The position numbers and the translations under genes were made by a program. The notes under the pieces were generated by a model. The model searched no databases. It was given only the letters and a program-made list of their open reading frames with translations, and was not told the origin of the DNA. Of a stretch of 64,000 nucleotides of DNA, positions 1 through 13,700 are shown one piece after another. Each line of letters begins with the position of its first letter. Within the stretch, counting starts at the first letter, position 1. This stretch comes from Escherichia phage vB_EcoM-813R1: sequence record ON470617.2, one strand, 5' to 3'.

Positions 1-988
1 GTGTACGCTGGCGGAACAGCAAGCACCTGACCGCCACGCCAGAGCTGCTTGTACTCAAGCTGGCGGCGCATTTCATACCAGCCCTGATCCAGTATCGAAC
101 GGTTTAAACCTGATTTTGCCCGGACATTGCGACCCGGATGACTTATCGTTCCCGCCGCTGACTTTGACATGTATTTAACCTTCAAATCCTCAATGACAAT
201 CATTGCGTGGTTTTTGCTGACGGTCGTTGTGACTTTGTGAAGGTAGTCCCTGCGGATATTTGCGATACGGGAATGCAGTCGCTGTATTTTGCGTTTCTGC
301 TTCTGCCAGTTGTTGCTGAATTTGACCTTGCGGCTTAACTGTCGCTGAAGTCTCGCCAGCTTCTTCTGGTTTTTCTGAAAACTATTTACAGGTTCAAAGA
401 CTGTGCCATCTGACAGCGTGGCGAGTTTAGCCACGCCAGCATCCAGTCCGACCATTGATGCTGAAGGGTGAACAGGAGTGGATACCTCTCTTTCTGTCTG
501 AATACTGATGTACCACTTACCGCAGGACTGGCTGACAGTAACATTTTTCACAATACCCGTGACCTGACGGCTATTCCGGTAGCGCATCCAGCCAAGTTTC
601 GGCAGAAAAATACGGCTGTTTTCCTGATCGAGCTTAACACCCTGCGGGTAGCGGAATGCATCATTCTGTCCCCGCTTTTTGAATCGGGGAAAAGCTGCCC
701 GATTCTGGAAGAAGTTTTTGTAAGCCCGCTCAAGGTCTTTCAGTGACTGTTGCAATGGCTGTGAGGGAGAATCTTTAAGCCATTCGGTTTCAGTGTCTTT
801 TTCCACTCAACCAACCAGGAAGCCATTTTCGTGTAAGGGATGTATTTTTTACCGGCCTCATGATTCTCATTCTGAAGCGCCAGAGCACGGTTGAAAACGA
901 AACGACAAGCTCCGGCAAAGCGCCTCATTTGATGCTCCTGTTGACCATCTGGTTTTAACCGGAATTTGAATGACACCTGTTGTTTCAT
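1..988 (-). mobile_element. tnpB: IS200/IS605-family TnpB (OrfB)-like gene, N-terminal ~330 codons; 3' end lies beyond window start; interrupted by in-frame stop at 740-742 and a frame change
   Basis: ORF 740..988 starts MKQQVSFKFRLKPDG...CRFVFNRAL (TnpB N-terminal signature); minus-strand translation of 300-420 in another frame reads ...SDGTVFEPVNSFQKNQKKLARLQRQLSRKVKFSNNWQK, typical TnpB. No tnpA seen. Confidence 0.7.
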
Positions 989-1086
989 GTCACTATTTTA
1001 AGCAAAAATAGCCGGGAGGAAAACTGTGCCTTATATCCCCACTATGAGGAGCGTAGGGGCGGCACATTGGATAAGGCGTAACAGGG

Positions 1087-4073
1087 ATGAGCTTAAGCGA
1101 TCAGGTGGTAATGGCCACCAGCATAGAAACGCTGATCGAGCTGCTAAAGAACCTGCCCGATTATGGGCGGGTTTCGTATGTGGTGACAGCGAAGGGAGAC
1201 GAGGTAAAAACAGCGTTTGATATCGTCGATGCCTCAGCTATTTTGGTATCCAATACTCTGGATGGGAAAATTAATCCTGACTATCCCCGGGAACTTCAGC
1301 CGCGCGACCGGACCCGCGCATCCAGCCTTCTTCAGGTTAACCAGATATCCAAAGATTTGCGGCCTGCTCAGCTTACCGATTCCGGATTATCCAGCCATGG
1401 CGCACCGATAATTGGTGAGGACAATGCAGTTGAGTCAGGTAATGGACGTACCATGGGGATCATTAAAGCCTATCAGGACGGTAATGCGGATCGGTATCGG
1501 GAGTACCTGATTGAACATGCGACCGAATTCGGCATACGTACTGAAAAGGTTGAATCAATGACGGCTCCGGTACTGGTGCGCCGCCGGTTAACGAAGGTTG
1601 ACCGCGTTCAGTTTGCCAAGGACTCAAATATTTCTGATCTTCAGGAAATGGCAGCCAGTGAAAAGGCTTTTGTTGATGCCGACAGCATAACACCGGCGAT
1701 GATGGCGCTGTTTAATCCGTCAGAAAGCGGAGATCTGCTTAGCCGCAGTAATGACGCGTTTATTCGCGGATTCATGACGCAAGTTGGTGCCACACAGGCT
1801 GCTGGCCTTGTAACGGAAGATGGGCGACCAACACGGCAACTTGTTGACCGTATACAAAACGCGATCTTTGCCAAGGCATATAAGGATGCGCGCCTGGTAA
1901 GGATGGTTGCAGAAGAACCTGATCCGGATATGCGTAATGTTCTGACGGCGCTTAATGCGGCAGCCAATGATTTTGTCCAGATGCAGGCTTTATCAGGAGA
2001 AGCGCACAAGCAGGCTGTGACAACTATTGTTGATGGCATTGAGACAGCGGATAGCCTCGATAAAAAGGCGCTGGCGGCATTGAAAGATGCGGTAGACCTG
2101 GTAAGGCAATCGAAGGAGTCAGGCCAGCATATTACCGATGTTATTGCTCAGGGGGATATGTTCAGCGAAACAGCCCCGGAAGTGAAAGCTCTCGCGTTGT
2201 TCATCGTCGCGAATAACCGTAGCGCGAAGCGTATGGCCACCGCCTTTAAATTGATGGCTCAACGTATCAATGATGAGTTACAGCACCAGGGCCAGGCGCT
2301 GGGGGATATGTTTGGCGGTGGTGATGTGTCGTTACAGGATATCCTTCGCCAGGTGTCTCAGGAACTGGAAAACGAAGGCATGCAAGGGATATCCGGCGGT
2401 CTTTTCGAGTCCGTTTCCGGCGGTAGTTACAACGGTGTTGCTCCATATACCAGCTTGCTATTACATCGGGCATCCGGCATCAAAGACATTATTCATCTGA
2501 TCAGGCTGCTTTCCCGTACAGATCCCCAGGATGAACAGCTTGTACAAGTGCTTGCGCATTTTGTTCGAATGCCTGTTGCCGACGTGAATAAATGGTGCCG
2601 ATTATTCGGTATCAGCAATTCGTTACTTCGCGGCTTGTTAAATCACGCATCCTCCCTTGGGCGCGATGGCTTTGACGAGATAGCGCAGGCGATAAAAAAC
2701 GGAGATATGCCACCAGCTATTGACTGGTTTTCCATTCGCCCAACCAGGGTGAAAGCATTCCTTAGCGCGGCGCATTCGGCATCACCATTGGCAGAAATGG
2801 TTCAGAGGTTGTCGCTCATATTCACAGACCATACCGCGTTGGGTGATCTGACTCTGGACGAGATGAAAGAAGCCTCCATTCAGTGGGCCGATCAACAAAA
2901 TGAGGTTAACTCAGACTTCTTGCCAGCATTCAGGAAGGCCGTTAGTAAAGCGGATGATGCCCGTGGAATTCTGAAGGCATTTAAGGCATTGCAAAGTCGT
3001 GTTAATAAACATGTCGGTGATATCGATGGGGTAACGGCGGAAGGCCGGGATATCCTTAAAGAGCACGGCATAACGCCAGAGTTTATTGATGAGATCAGGA
3101 CTGATATGCAGCGTGAGGTCGTATCGTCCCTGCAAATCGTAGCCAGAGCGTTGGCGGATGCTAATCCGAAGAGTGCGGCCATTGTTAACCGGGTTATTGG
3201 TGATATTGAAGCATCGGAGGGCATGGGGGCGCTGAAACTCTTCCTGTCGCGAGCGTTTAATCCTAACGGCAATATTCTCCTGGCATTATTGGTGAGGCTA
3301 AAAAGTATGTCAGTGAAGAAGAACTTGAGCAGCTTGACCAACTACTTAAGCGATTCTCATATAACCCGCAGACACGCTGGCAAATGAATCAGCGAAGTAT
3401 GGGTTCGGTCCACGAGAAAGTGTTATCTGCCATGAACAGTGCGATCGCAAACTCATCCGTATCTGAAGAAAAAGCTCTTGAGTGGGCCGACTCTTTTATC
3501 ACGGAAGAAGTGGAAGAAGCCCGCGCTGGACAGAATGGTGGGATAGACCTGCGCAAGGAACTTGCTGATATTTATCGCCTGACCGGCGGGAAAATATCGA
3601 CCTTATCAAAAGTGGTTCACCACCAGGGAAGGGCATATGCAAATCTAAATGGTGTTGTTGCTGTCAATTTGAACGATGAAAATGCAAGTGCACTGTGGCA
3701 CGAGCTGGGTCATCATCTTGAGTACAGTAACCCTGGTTTGTTAGAGAAAGCCCGGTCATTCCTGAAGGCCAATGTTGAAGGGGATAAGCCATCTTTCGTC
3801 AATATCGGTGGGCGTGGCAAGCCTGAATGGTGCTTCAGATCTCGATTGAGTAATATTTATATGGCGAAGGTATACCCGCCAGCCTCAGTAAGTAACACCG
3901 GGAAAATTCGGCAGAAATCACCGACTATTTCCAAAACGTCAGCAACGGAAGTATTCTCTATGGCTCTTCAGTTGTATCATGACAAAGAGGCCGCTGCCGC
4001 ATCACTGATGAATGGTGACGGATTGCTGGAACTGTTATTAGGTGTGGCAAAGGAGCTAAATAATGCAGATTAA
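1087..4073 (+). CDS. Very large multidomain protein (~995 aa) with N-terminal ParB/Srx-like motif and C-terminal HExxH metallopeptidase-like motif; split by an apparent frameshift near 3270-3390; lies where P1 has the distal darA-operon genes (ddrB region)
   Basis: ORFs 1087..3387 and 3384..4073. N-terminal INPDYPRELQPRDRTRASS resembles the ParB NPxxQPR box; ALWHELGHHLEY in the second ORF; the second ORF's frame reads through upstream as ...YSPGIIGEAKKYVSEEELEQL..., indicating one gene. Confidence 0.6.
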
Positions 4074-4371
4074 AATCGCAGCGCCATTAGGCGGAGATGC
4101 CATTATCGAATTTGATGATAATGAAGAAGTTTCCGGGCGTTTAAGCATTATCTCCGGTGACATTACCGAGGACATGATCGCTGAAGCCATAGCTGGGGCA
4201 AATCCCAATAGCTATATGGGATTCGTTAACACCCTTGATGCTCCCGCAAGTGATGTTCTCCGAACGCTGCATCTTTACGCTGGCTGGTTTGTTGATTGGC
4301 CAGCAGTAGATGGTGGCGATGAGGACGACGACGATGATTTTGGTGATCATGTAGACCAGATCGTATATTGA
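4063..4371 (+). CDS. Small acidic hypothetical protein (102 aa), C-terminus DGGDEDDDDDFGDH
   Basis: ORF overlapping the end of the upstream large gene by 11 nt, same strand (operon-like). Confidence 0.45.
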   Translation: MQIKIAAPLGGDAIIEFDDNEEVSGRLSIISGDITEDMIAEAIAGANPNSYMGFVNTLDAPASDVLRTLHLYAGWFVDWPAVDGGDEDDDDDFGDHVDQIVY

Positions 4372-4425
4372 AGAAATCCCGCCAATCGGCGGGATTTTTA
4401 CCTCACGAGAAGCTTTTTTCTGATG

Positions 4426-5496
4426 TCAGCCAACAGTGCTCGTGCAAATCTCTTGGTGGTTTTTCGACAAATGCCTCTTCAGCCACATCCTGCCAGGGAT
4501 TTGTTTAGCCCATTCAGCTATAGCGTTATGGTTTGCCGAGAATAACGGTATTGTATAGGCCTTCAGCCAGTCTAATGTGCTGGAGTTGTGTTTTTGAGCG
4601 TGATGTTTCGCATGGTGTTTGGCGATCACGATCGTAGGCACTACCCATTTACTACCGTCAGTCATTGTGAAGTGCATATTACGGGGAACAGATGACTTTT
4701 CCATCAACTCCCGAATCCCGGGAAATTTCCCCAAGATCAATCGGCGATATTCATCGCTATTGCGCCCACCAAACTCTTTGGCTTTGAATTCAAGATATGC
4801 TTCAGAAACGAGAGGTGAATCCTCTGTGTTTAGAGTTATCGCCGTGAAAAAACCAGCAGGATTGTTTTTACTATGGGCCAACCGGTGATGCGAATCATAA
4901 AAGTACCCTTTCTCGCGTTCCGATGGTTTCGACAGCAACAGCAGGCGCGAGTCATAATTGGTTAAATTGCCAGTTATCACTGCATGAGCGCGATCGCTGA
5001 TTTCCGCCGAGTTAATAACGATGAAAAGATCGTGCGGTCCAGTAAAACCAGCCAGAGACTCTTCGTTATTCAGACAATAGGTTATATAGACGCATCCCCA
5101 TGTTTCACTGATATGCACCAACCCTTTGTCAGGGTGTATTCTGAAATAATTGCCAAGAAAAGGGTGTTTTTGGGTAACTCGCTCCCAATAACGGAACATA
5201 TAGTCAATTATTGTTTTTCGACTATCGTTAATCGCAGGAGAAACAACCACTGTACGGGAACACGAATACAGTATTGTTTGCAGGATGCTAATCACTGCCA
5301 CAATAGAGGTTTCCCCAATACCATGTGGTGTGGTGGCAGTGACTTTGGCTCCGGTGTTCTTTATCGCGTTAATAATTTTTGCTTGATGAGGTGTTAACTC
5401 AATATCAAGCAACTCTTTTGCTGCCAGTTCCCAATTGTCTTTATACCGTTCTATCAGTGCTAACCAGGCAGATTCATTCTGTATACGATTAATCAC
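4426..5496 (-). CDS. Terminase large subunit (PacB)-like ATPase-domain paralog with degenerate Walker A/B and no nuclease domain
   Basis: Aligns from its N-terminus with the PacB in this window (28397..29881): shared KGYFYDSHHRLA / [12 protein letters not shown] and ITLNTEDSPLV / [12 protein letters not shown]-loop GHGTGKS is replaced by PHGIGETS and Walker B IIDEAS by VINSAE. Confidence 0.7.
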   Translation of the reverse strand: MINRIQNESAWLALIERYKDNWELAAKELLDIELTPHQAKIINAIKNTGAKVTATTPHGIGETSIVAVISILQTILYSCSRTVVVSPAINDSRKTIIDYMFRYWERVTQKHPFLGNYFRIHPDKGLVHISETWGCVYITYCLNNEESLAGFTGPHDLFIVINSAEISDRAHAVITGNLTNYDSRLLLLSKPSEREKGYFYDSHHRLAHSKNNPAGFFTAITLNTEDSPLVSEAYLEFKAKEFGGRNSDEYRRLILGKFPGIRELMEKSSVPRNMHFTMTDGSKWVVPTIVIAKHHAKHHAQKHNSSTLDWLKAYTIPLFSANHNAIAEWAKQIPGRMWLKRHLSKNHQEICTSTVG

Positions 5497-6397
5497 TTTC
5501 CACCTCTTCCGTGGTGTTTTCTTGCAGTTCTGTTAATGCAGCACGACATAGGTTCCGGGCATTGGCTATAGCCACACTTTTGACTTCATCCGTCATCGTG
5601 CAGGTAATGTACTGATCGAGTTCTTCAGCGCGGATGATGCTTTTGCCAATCAGAAACTGTATTTGCCATAGCAGATCGGCATCCATAATCAGAATTTCTG
5701 CCGGGCCTTCAGGGCCAGCCGGGAAGGAAACATAAGACTGTTTGCCCAGGCCGACAACTCGACAACTTGCTTCAAGAATTGCGCGCTTGAGGTCTGACTT
5801 TATAACGGAAACAGGTTGATTTTCACCAGTGATTACGCCGTTGACATGGAAAGGCATGTAGCTTGAAATACGCTCCACTTTCCACACGCCAGCAAGCGAT
5901 CCTTCATGCAGCACAATGGGGGTAACCGCGAGTTTCATCTCACCATATAACTGCTGGCAGATAGCTGGATTGCTGAATACATCTAAAGGCTCACATTCAA
6001 ACAGCGGCGCAATCTGCATGAGGTCCATCATGGTCATCCCTGGGGTACGAGCAGTAATGAATTTGCGCATACCAGTATCCATTGCGCTCCAGATTGCTAC
6101 ACCATGCTTTTTGCTCACTTCTTCAGTAAAGCCAAGGTGGCACATGATGGTTTTTTCGATAGCCAGATCGGAGATAGAAACCTTTTCGCCAGGTACACCA
6201 TCATTATTGATGGTCACTTCGACACTCTGGCCATTACGCAGGCGGTATTGAATTGTTTTAGTATTTTGTGCTGCCATAGTCTTTTCTCTGCTTAAAAACT
6301 GATGTATTGCGCCTTCAGGTGGGTCAGGAATGTTTTCCCACCAGCGAAAGCAATATCTCGGGGTGTTCTGTTCGTTAAAAACGCGTTCCATTGCCAA
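5489..6397 (-). CDS. Hypothetical protein (302 aa) translationally coupled to the terminase-like paralog
   Basis: Long ORF overlapping the downstream gene start by 8 nt; no recognisable motif; start may be the internal Met (MAAQNTK) at about 6280. Confidence 0.5.
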   Translation of the reverse strand: MAMERVFNEQNTPRYCFRWWENIPDPPEGAIHQFLSREKTMAAQNTKTIQYRLRNGQSVEVTINNDGVPGEKVSISDLAIEKTIMCHLGFTEEVSKKHGVAIWSAMDTGMRKFITARTPGMTMMDLMQIAPLFECEPLDVFSNPAICQQLYGEMKLAVTPIVLHEGSLAGVWKVERISSYMPFHVNGVITGENQPVSVIKSDLKRAILEASCRVVGLGKQSYVSFPAGPEGPAEILIMDADLLWQIQFLIGKSIIRAEELDQYITCTMTDEVKSVAIANARNLCRAALTELQENTTEEVESD

Positions 6398-6474
6398 CTT
6401 TGGCGTTTTTTAGCGAGTTCGTGCTTTTGTTGGCGTTTGGACCACCGCTTTTCTTTCAGTCGTTTTTTACTCAT
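6292..6474 (-). CDS. Possible small basic protein (60 aa), uncertain
   Basis: ORF MSKKRLKEKRWSKRQQKHELAKKRQ... directly downstream of ssb; overlaps the annotated start of the 302-aa gene, so one of the two starts is wrong. Confidence 0.3.
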   Translation of the reverse strand: MSKKRLKEKRWSKRQQKHELAKKRQSWQWNAFLTNRTPRDIAFAGGKTFLTHLKAQYISF

Positions 6475-6479
6475 AAACT

Positions 6480-6968
6480 CTAAAACGGAATATCGTCTTC
6501 AAAGTCCATTGGAGGTTCGTTATTGGCGCTGCTCTGAGGTTTGCCACCACCGCTGTATTGCTGGTGGTTTTGAGGTTGGTTTGACTGCCCCCAGCCATTT
6601 GAGGACTGTGAATCGTCGCGGCGAGCGCCGATCATTTGCATGGTGCCGCCCTGGCTGACGATAATTTCCGTCGTGTAACGTTCTACACCGGCGTCATCTG
6701 CCCACTTACGGGTTTTAAGTTTCCCTTCGATGTAGACCTGAGAACCTTTTCGTAAATACTCACTCGCAATTTCAGCAAGTTTTCCGAACAAAACGACTTT
6801 ATGCCATTCTGTTTGCTCTTTCTGTTGGCCCGTTTGCTTGTCGCGCCATGATTCATTCGTTGCGATGCTGAGTCTTCCGACCGCGCCGCCATTTGGTATA
6901 TACCTGATCTCCGGGTCTTGCCCCAGGGTGCCAATCAGGATGACTTTGTTTACACCGCGTTGTGCCAC
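6480..6968 (-). CDS. ssb: Single-stranded DNA-binding protein
   Basis: 162 aa, OB-fold SSB sequence with Gly/Gln-rich linker and acidic tail ending MDFEDDIPF. Confidence 0.95.
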   Translation of the reverse strand: MAQRGVNKVILIGTLGQDPEIRYIPNGGAVGRLSIATNESWRDKQTGQQKEQTEWHKVVLFGKLAEIASEYLRKGSQVYIEGKLKTRKWADDAGVERYTTEIIVSQGGTMQMIGARRDDSQSSNGWGQSNQPQNHQQYSGGGKPQSSANNEPPMDFEDDIPF

Positions 6969-6988
6969 TTATCTTACCTAATAAAATA

Positions 6989-7005
6989 AATTAATTAGAG
7001 CAATA
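6989..7005. promoter_or_regulatory. C1 repressor operator-like site between divergent ssb and lyz
   Basis: AAATTAATTAGAGCAAT; reverse complement ATTGCTCTAATTAATTT, one mismatch to the P1 operator consensus ATTGCTCTAATAAATTT. Confidence 0.6.
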
Positions 7006-7137
7006 ATGTATATCTTTGAAACGTAGCTAACAAGTGATTTGCATTATCCTGTGCCTTCTAAAGGGATCGAGTCAGTCGGTATTGGCTGTGAATGGGTGTT
7101 TGTCCTGGAGCGTAAAAAATTCGCTTATGAGGTCTTT

Positions 7138-7695
7138 ATGAAGGGAAAAACAGCCGCAGGAGGCGGTGCAATTTGCGCTATCGCGGTGATGATTACCATC
7201 GTGATGGGTAATGGCAATGTGCGAACCAACCAGGCGGGGCTTGAGCTGATTGGTAACGCTGAAGGTTGCCGACGTGATCCATACATGTGCCCGGCGGGGG
7301 TATGGACTGACGGGATCGGTAATACACACGGAGTAACGCCGGGTGTGCGAAAAACCGACCAGCAAATCGCCGCTGATTGGGAAAAGAATATCCTGATCGC
7401 TGAACGCTGTATTAATCAGCACTTTCGGGGCAAAGACATGCCCGATAATGCCTTTAGCGCAATGACAAGCGCGGCATTCAATATGGGATGCAATAGTTTA
7501 CGGACCTACTACAGCAAAGCGCGAGGCATGCGAGTAGAAACGTCCATCCACAAGTGGGCGCAGAAAGGAGAATGGGTGAATATGTGTAACCATCTCCCTG
7601 ATTTCGTGAACAGTAACGGCGTGCCCCTGCGAGGTTTAAAGATTCGCCGTGAAAAAGAACGCCAGCTTTGCCTGACGGGACTGGTCAATGAATAA
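7138..7695 (+). CDS. lyz: SAR endolysin (P1 Lyz-type lysozyme)
   Basis: 185 codons from ATG 7138; N-terminal signal-anchor-release segment MKGKTAAGGGAICAIAVMITIVMG with Cys13, Cys44, Cys51 as in P1 Lyz; lysozyme-like catalytic region follows. Confidence 0.9.
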   Translation: MKGKTAAGGGAICAIAVMITIVMGNGNVRTNQAGLELIGNAEGCRRDPYMCPAGVWTDGIGNTHGVTPGVRKTDQQIAADWEKNILIAERCINQHFRGKDMPDNAFSAMTSAAFNMGCNSLRTYYSKARGMRVETSIHKWAQKGEWVNMCNHLPDFVNSNGVPLRGLKIRREKERQLCLTGLVNE

Positions 7696-7942
7696 ACTCC
7701 GGCAGCTCCGCCGACTTTCGACAATGAAGTTATCGCTGGCGGCGATAGTTTTCGACTCGATTTTCATGGCGGTATATGTGCTCAATGAGACGTGGCCACT
7801 GGAACCGCTATTATATGCCGGGCTTCGGCTGTGCCTGACATTTTTGAGCATGGCTGCAAGATTGATGCAGCAGAAAGAAACCGCTTCAGATTGCCCACGT
7901 CGCGCGGTGCGAAAATATATGGCACGCAGACGAAGGCGATAA
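7688..7942 (+). CDS. Hypothetical small membrane protein (84 aa) overlapping lyz stop
   Basis: ORF with hydrophobic segment LSLAAIVFDSIFMAVYVL and Arg-rich C-terminus; 8-nt overlap with lyz. Confidence 0.35.
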   Translation: MNKLRQLRRLSTMKLSLAAIVFDSIFMAVYVLNETWPLEPLLYAGLRLCLTFLSMAARLMQQKETASDCPRRAVRKYMARRRRR

Positions 7943-7986
7943 TAGTTAACGAGAACCCCGGCAGCCGCCGGGGTTATTTTTGATGG

Positions 7987-10717
<2,731 letters not shown>

Positions 10718-10783
10718 TTAATTAGAATAATTCGCATCGTGTTTGAACGGAATTTAACACTAGTCACTTGTTAAGGATTACCA

Positions 10784-13700
10784 ATGAACAAGCTATCTAT
10801 GGGGGTGTTTCGCTGTTCAAGTGTCAGCGAAATATTGAAATACATTAGGGCAATAACATCTCACCGAGCGCCGATTAGATACGGCGTGGAAAAGGTGGAA
10901 GGCAAAAGCTATGACCGACTACGCCGGGAGGCGAATCAGAAGGCGATTGATTTGCTTAATTCGCTGGTGGACGGCGCGACACTGACAGATGAACAGCGCC
11001 AGATCCTGGCTGGGTACACCGGTGAAGGCGGCATTGGCGGGTCCGTCTCCGAATATTACACACCAAAGCCGATCGCTGAAGGTGTCTGGGAGATCATGAA
11101 GCTCTACGGCGCGGACGTAGGTAACACTCTGGAACCATCGGCGGGAACCGGCGTTTTTAATGAGACAAAACCGGTTGGTACGGTGATGACCGCGACTGAG
11201 ATCAGCAGTGTTTCCGGTCGTATAAACCAGCTGTTACATCCGGAAGACAGCGTACAGATTTCCCCGTTCGAACAACTGGCTGTAAGCACGCCTAACGATT
11301 CATTCGACCATGTGGTGGGTAACGTTCCGTTCGGTGGTCGTGATAACACACGCAACATCGATAAACCTTACGCAGAAGAAACGGACATGGGGTCTTACTT
11401 CATGCTCCGCATGTTGGACAAGATAAAGCCTGGCGGATTCATGTGCGTGATTGTGCCGCCGTCCATTGTTTCAGGTTCAAACATGAAGCGGTTACGCCTG
11501 CGTCTATCCCGTAAAGCTAAATTTCTTGGCGCTCACCGCTTGCCTACCGGTACTTTTGACGCAAACGGGACCAGTACGGTCGTTGATGTGGTGCTGATGC
11601 GTAAACATCCGGCAGAGATGGCTGAGAAAATCCCCTGGTGGATGAAGGCACTCTTGAATCGGCAAATGTGCTTTGGCCAACGTTTATTTCTGGCAAGTGG
11701 TTTGAAAAGGACGGCCGCCGGTTTGTTCATGGTACTCAGGAGAAGGGATTCCAGGGCGTATTGAGGTTCGTGCCGACGGGCAGATTGATAACCTGGCTCT
11801 TAAAGCGAAGCTGATTCATCGTTTCGAAAGTCGTATCGACTGGTCTTTGCTCGATATGGCTGAACCGTCACCGACCGCAGATGTTGTTGATGAAGGGGAA
11901 ATGCGCCTGATTAATGGCGTATGGCAAAAATATGCTGGTGGTCGCTGGATTGAAGCTGATGCCGGGAAGGAGCTGAAGATTGATGTTGCCAGTTATGGCG
12001 CGGATAGCTGGGAGGCTCTTCAGCGTAACCTGACTACCACAGAAGGTCGTCTCGGCATGACATTTACCCAGATGGCAAATGTCCGCGATAAGTACACCAC
12101 ATCAATCAGCGACGATATGGTGCAACTGGTGGACTGGATTAACAGCCAGCCTGAAAAATACCGTGAACGCTTGTATCGCGGGGCGATGATTGGCCGGATG
12201 TTAATTGAATATCAGGATATGAAGGCCGCCGGGCATAGTGCTGAACAAATCGAACAGCAGCGCCTTTCTCTGGTATCCCGTTTGCAGGCAGAGATTGACC
12301 GCTTTGGTAATCCTGGTCGCGGTCCTATAGCGAAATTGTCGGGGAGCGGTGCGCGCGCCTGGTTTGCTTTCCGTGGTGCGATTAAGCTGGATGGCACTAT
12401 TTCAGACGAGCTGACAGGAAAGCTGGTTACGCATGACTCCAGCGCCAGTTATGACTCCACCAGCTATCAGGACACCCTGCGTTATCTCTATAGCGATCTT
12501 ACCCGCGATCCAATCCAGCTCGATGATTTCCGCCTTGCGTTTACCGGCGAACTGCCAGCCAGTGATGACGAGTTGCTTAATTTATTGGCCAGCACCCTGG
12601 TATTGCGGTTTCACCGTATGGCGGGATTGTTCCGTTTGCCCGCGCCACCAGCGGCGACATTAACGAGATAGTGGCTCCAAAACAGGAATTCCTCGCCACG
12701 CTCCCCGACGGTCCAGTAAAGAACAACGTCCTTAATCAGCTGGCAGCGATCGAAGAGAAGCGCATCAAGACGCCAGCAGAGAATATCCGGTTTAAGCTCA
12801 ATAGCCGTTGGTTCGACCGTTCCGTCATTCTGGAATTTTTGCAGGAAAACGGCTATCCGGATCTGCGCTATGTGCAGTCAGTGCAGCTGGAAGGCGACGA
12901 AATGGTTTCTGACACCTATCACGGTGGTGATGGCCTGTTCGTAGGACACCGATACGGTGTCGTCCAGCGCAAGGATAAAGAAACAGGCGAGATCCGCTAC
13001 GAGTGGGACCGTAAATCAGGTGAAAACGCGACCGGGTTCCCGGCACAGCTGGAAAAGTATCTCAATGGTGCGCGTATCGGTGGCAAAGATAGCGCGACGG
13101 CGAACGGCTACCGCGAGCAGATGGCACTGCTTGAGGACCAGTTCAATAAGTGGATCAAGACGCACGATCGCTACGATGAGTTGGTTGCCAAATACAACGA
13201 TGTGTTCAATAGCAATATCCCGTATGAACACTCTGGCGATCCGCTTGGGTTGAAGGGATTAAGCGGTAAGCGCCAGCCATTTGATTACCAGAATAGCGAG
13301 GTGCGCCGACTGTCCGAAGATGGGCGCGGCATCCTGGGCTTCGGCACCGGGCTGGGTAAAACGACGACCGCGCTGGCGCTTGAGGCGTTCAACTATGAGA
13401 ACGGTCGCTCCACCCGTACTGCTTATGTAGTGCCTAAAGCAGTGCTGGAAAACTGGTATTACGAAGCAAAAGAGTTCCTGAGTGAAGAGGCATTCAGTAA
13501 CTACCTGTTCGTCGGTCTTGATGTGCTGATGGATGGCGATCAGATTCGCCAGGTGCCGGTGCTCGATGAGAACGGTAAACCTGTTCTTGGTACTGATGGC
13601 ACTCCAGTTATGCGCGATGCTCTTAAGCTGGCAGATGAAGCCACTATCACGGCGCGGATGAACGCGATCCCGCACTCAAATTACCGTGCAGTCGTGTTTA

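Noticed and set aside
4372-6479. IS1 expected from the phage P1 map near ssb
   Set aside because: No InsA/InsB-like ORFs or IS1 inverted repeats found; this interval instead holds the terminase-like paralog operon.
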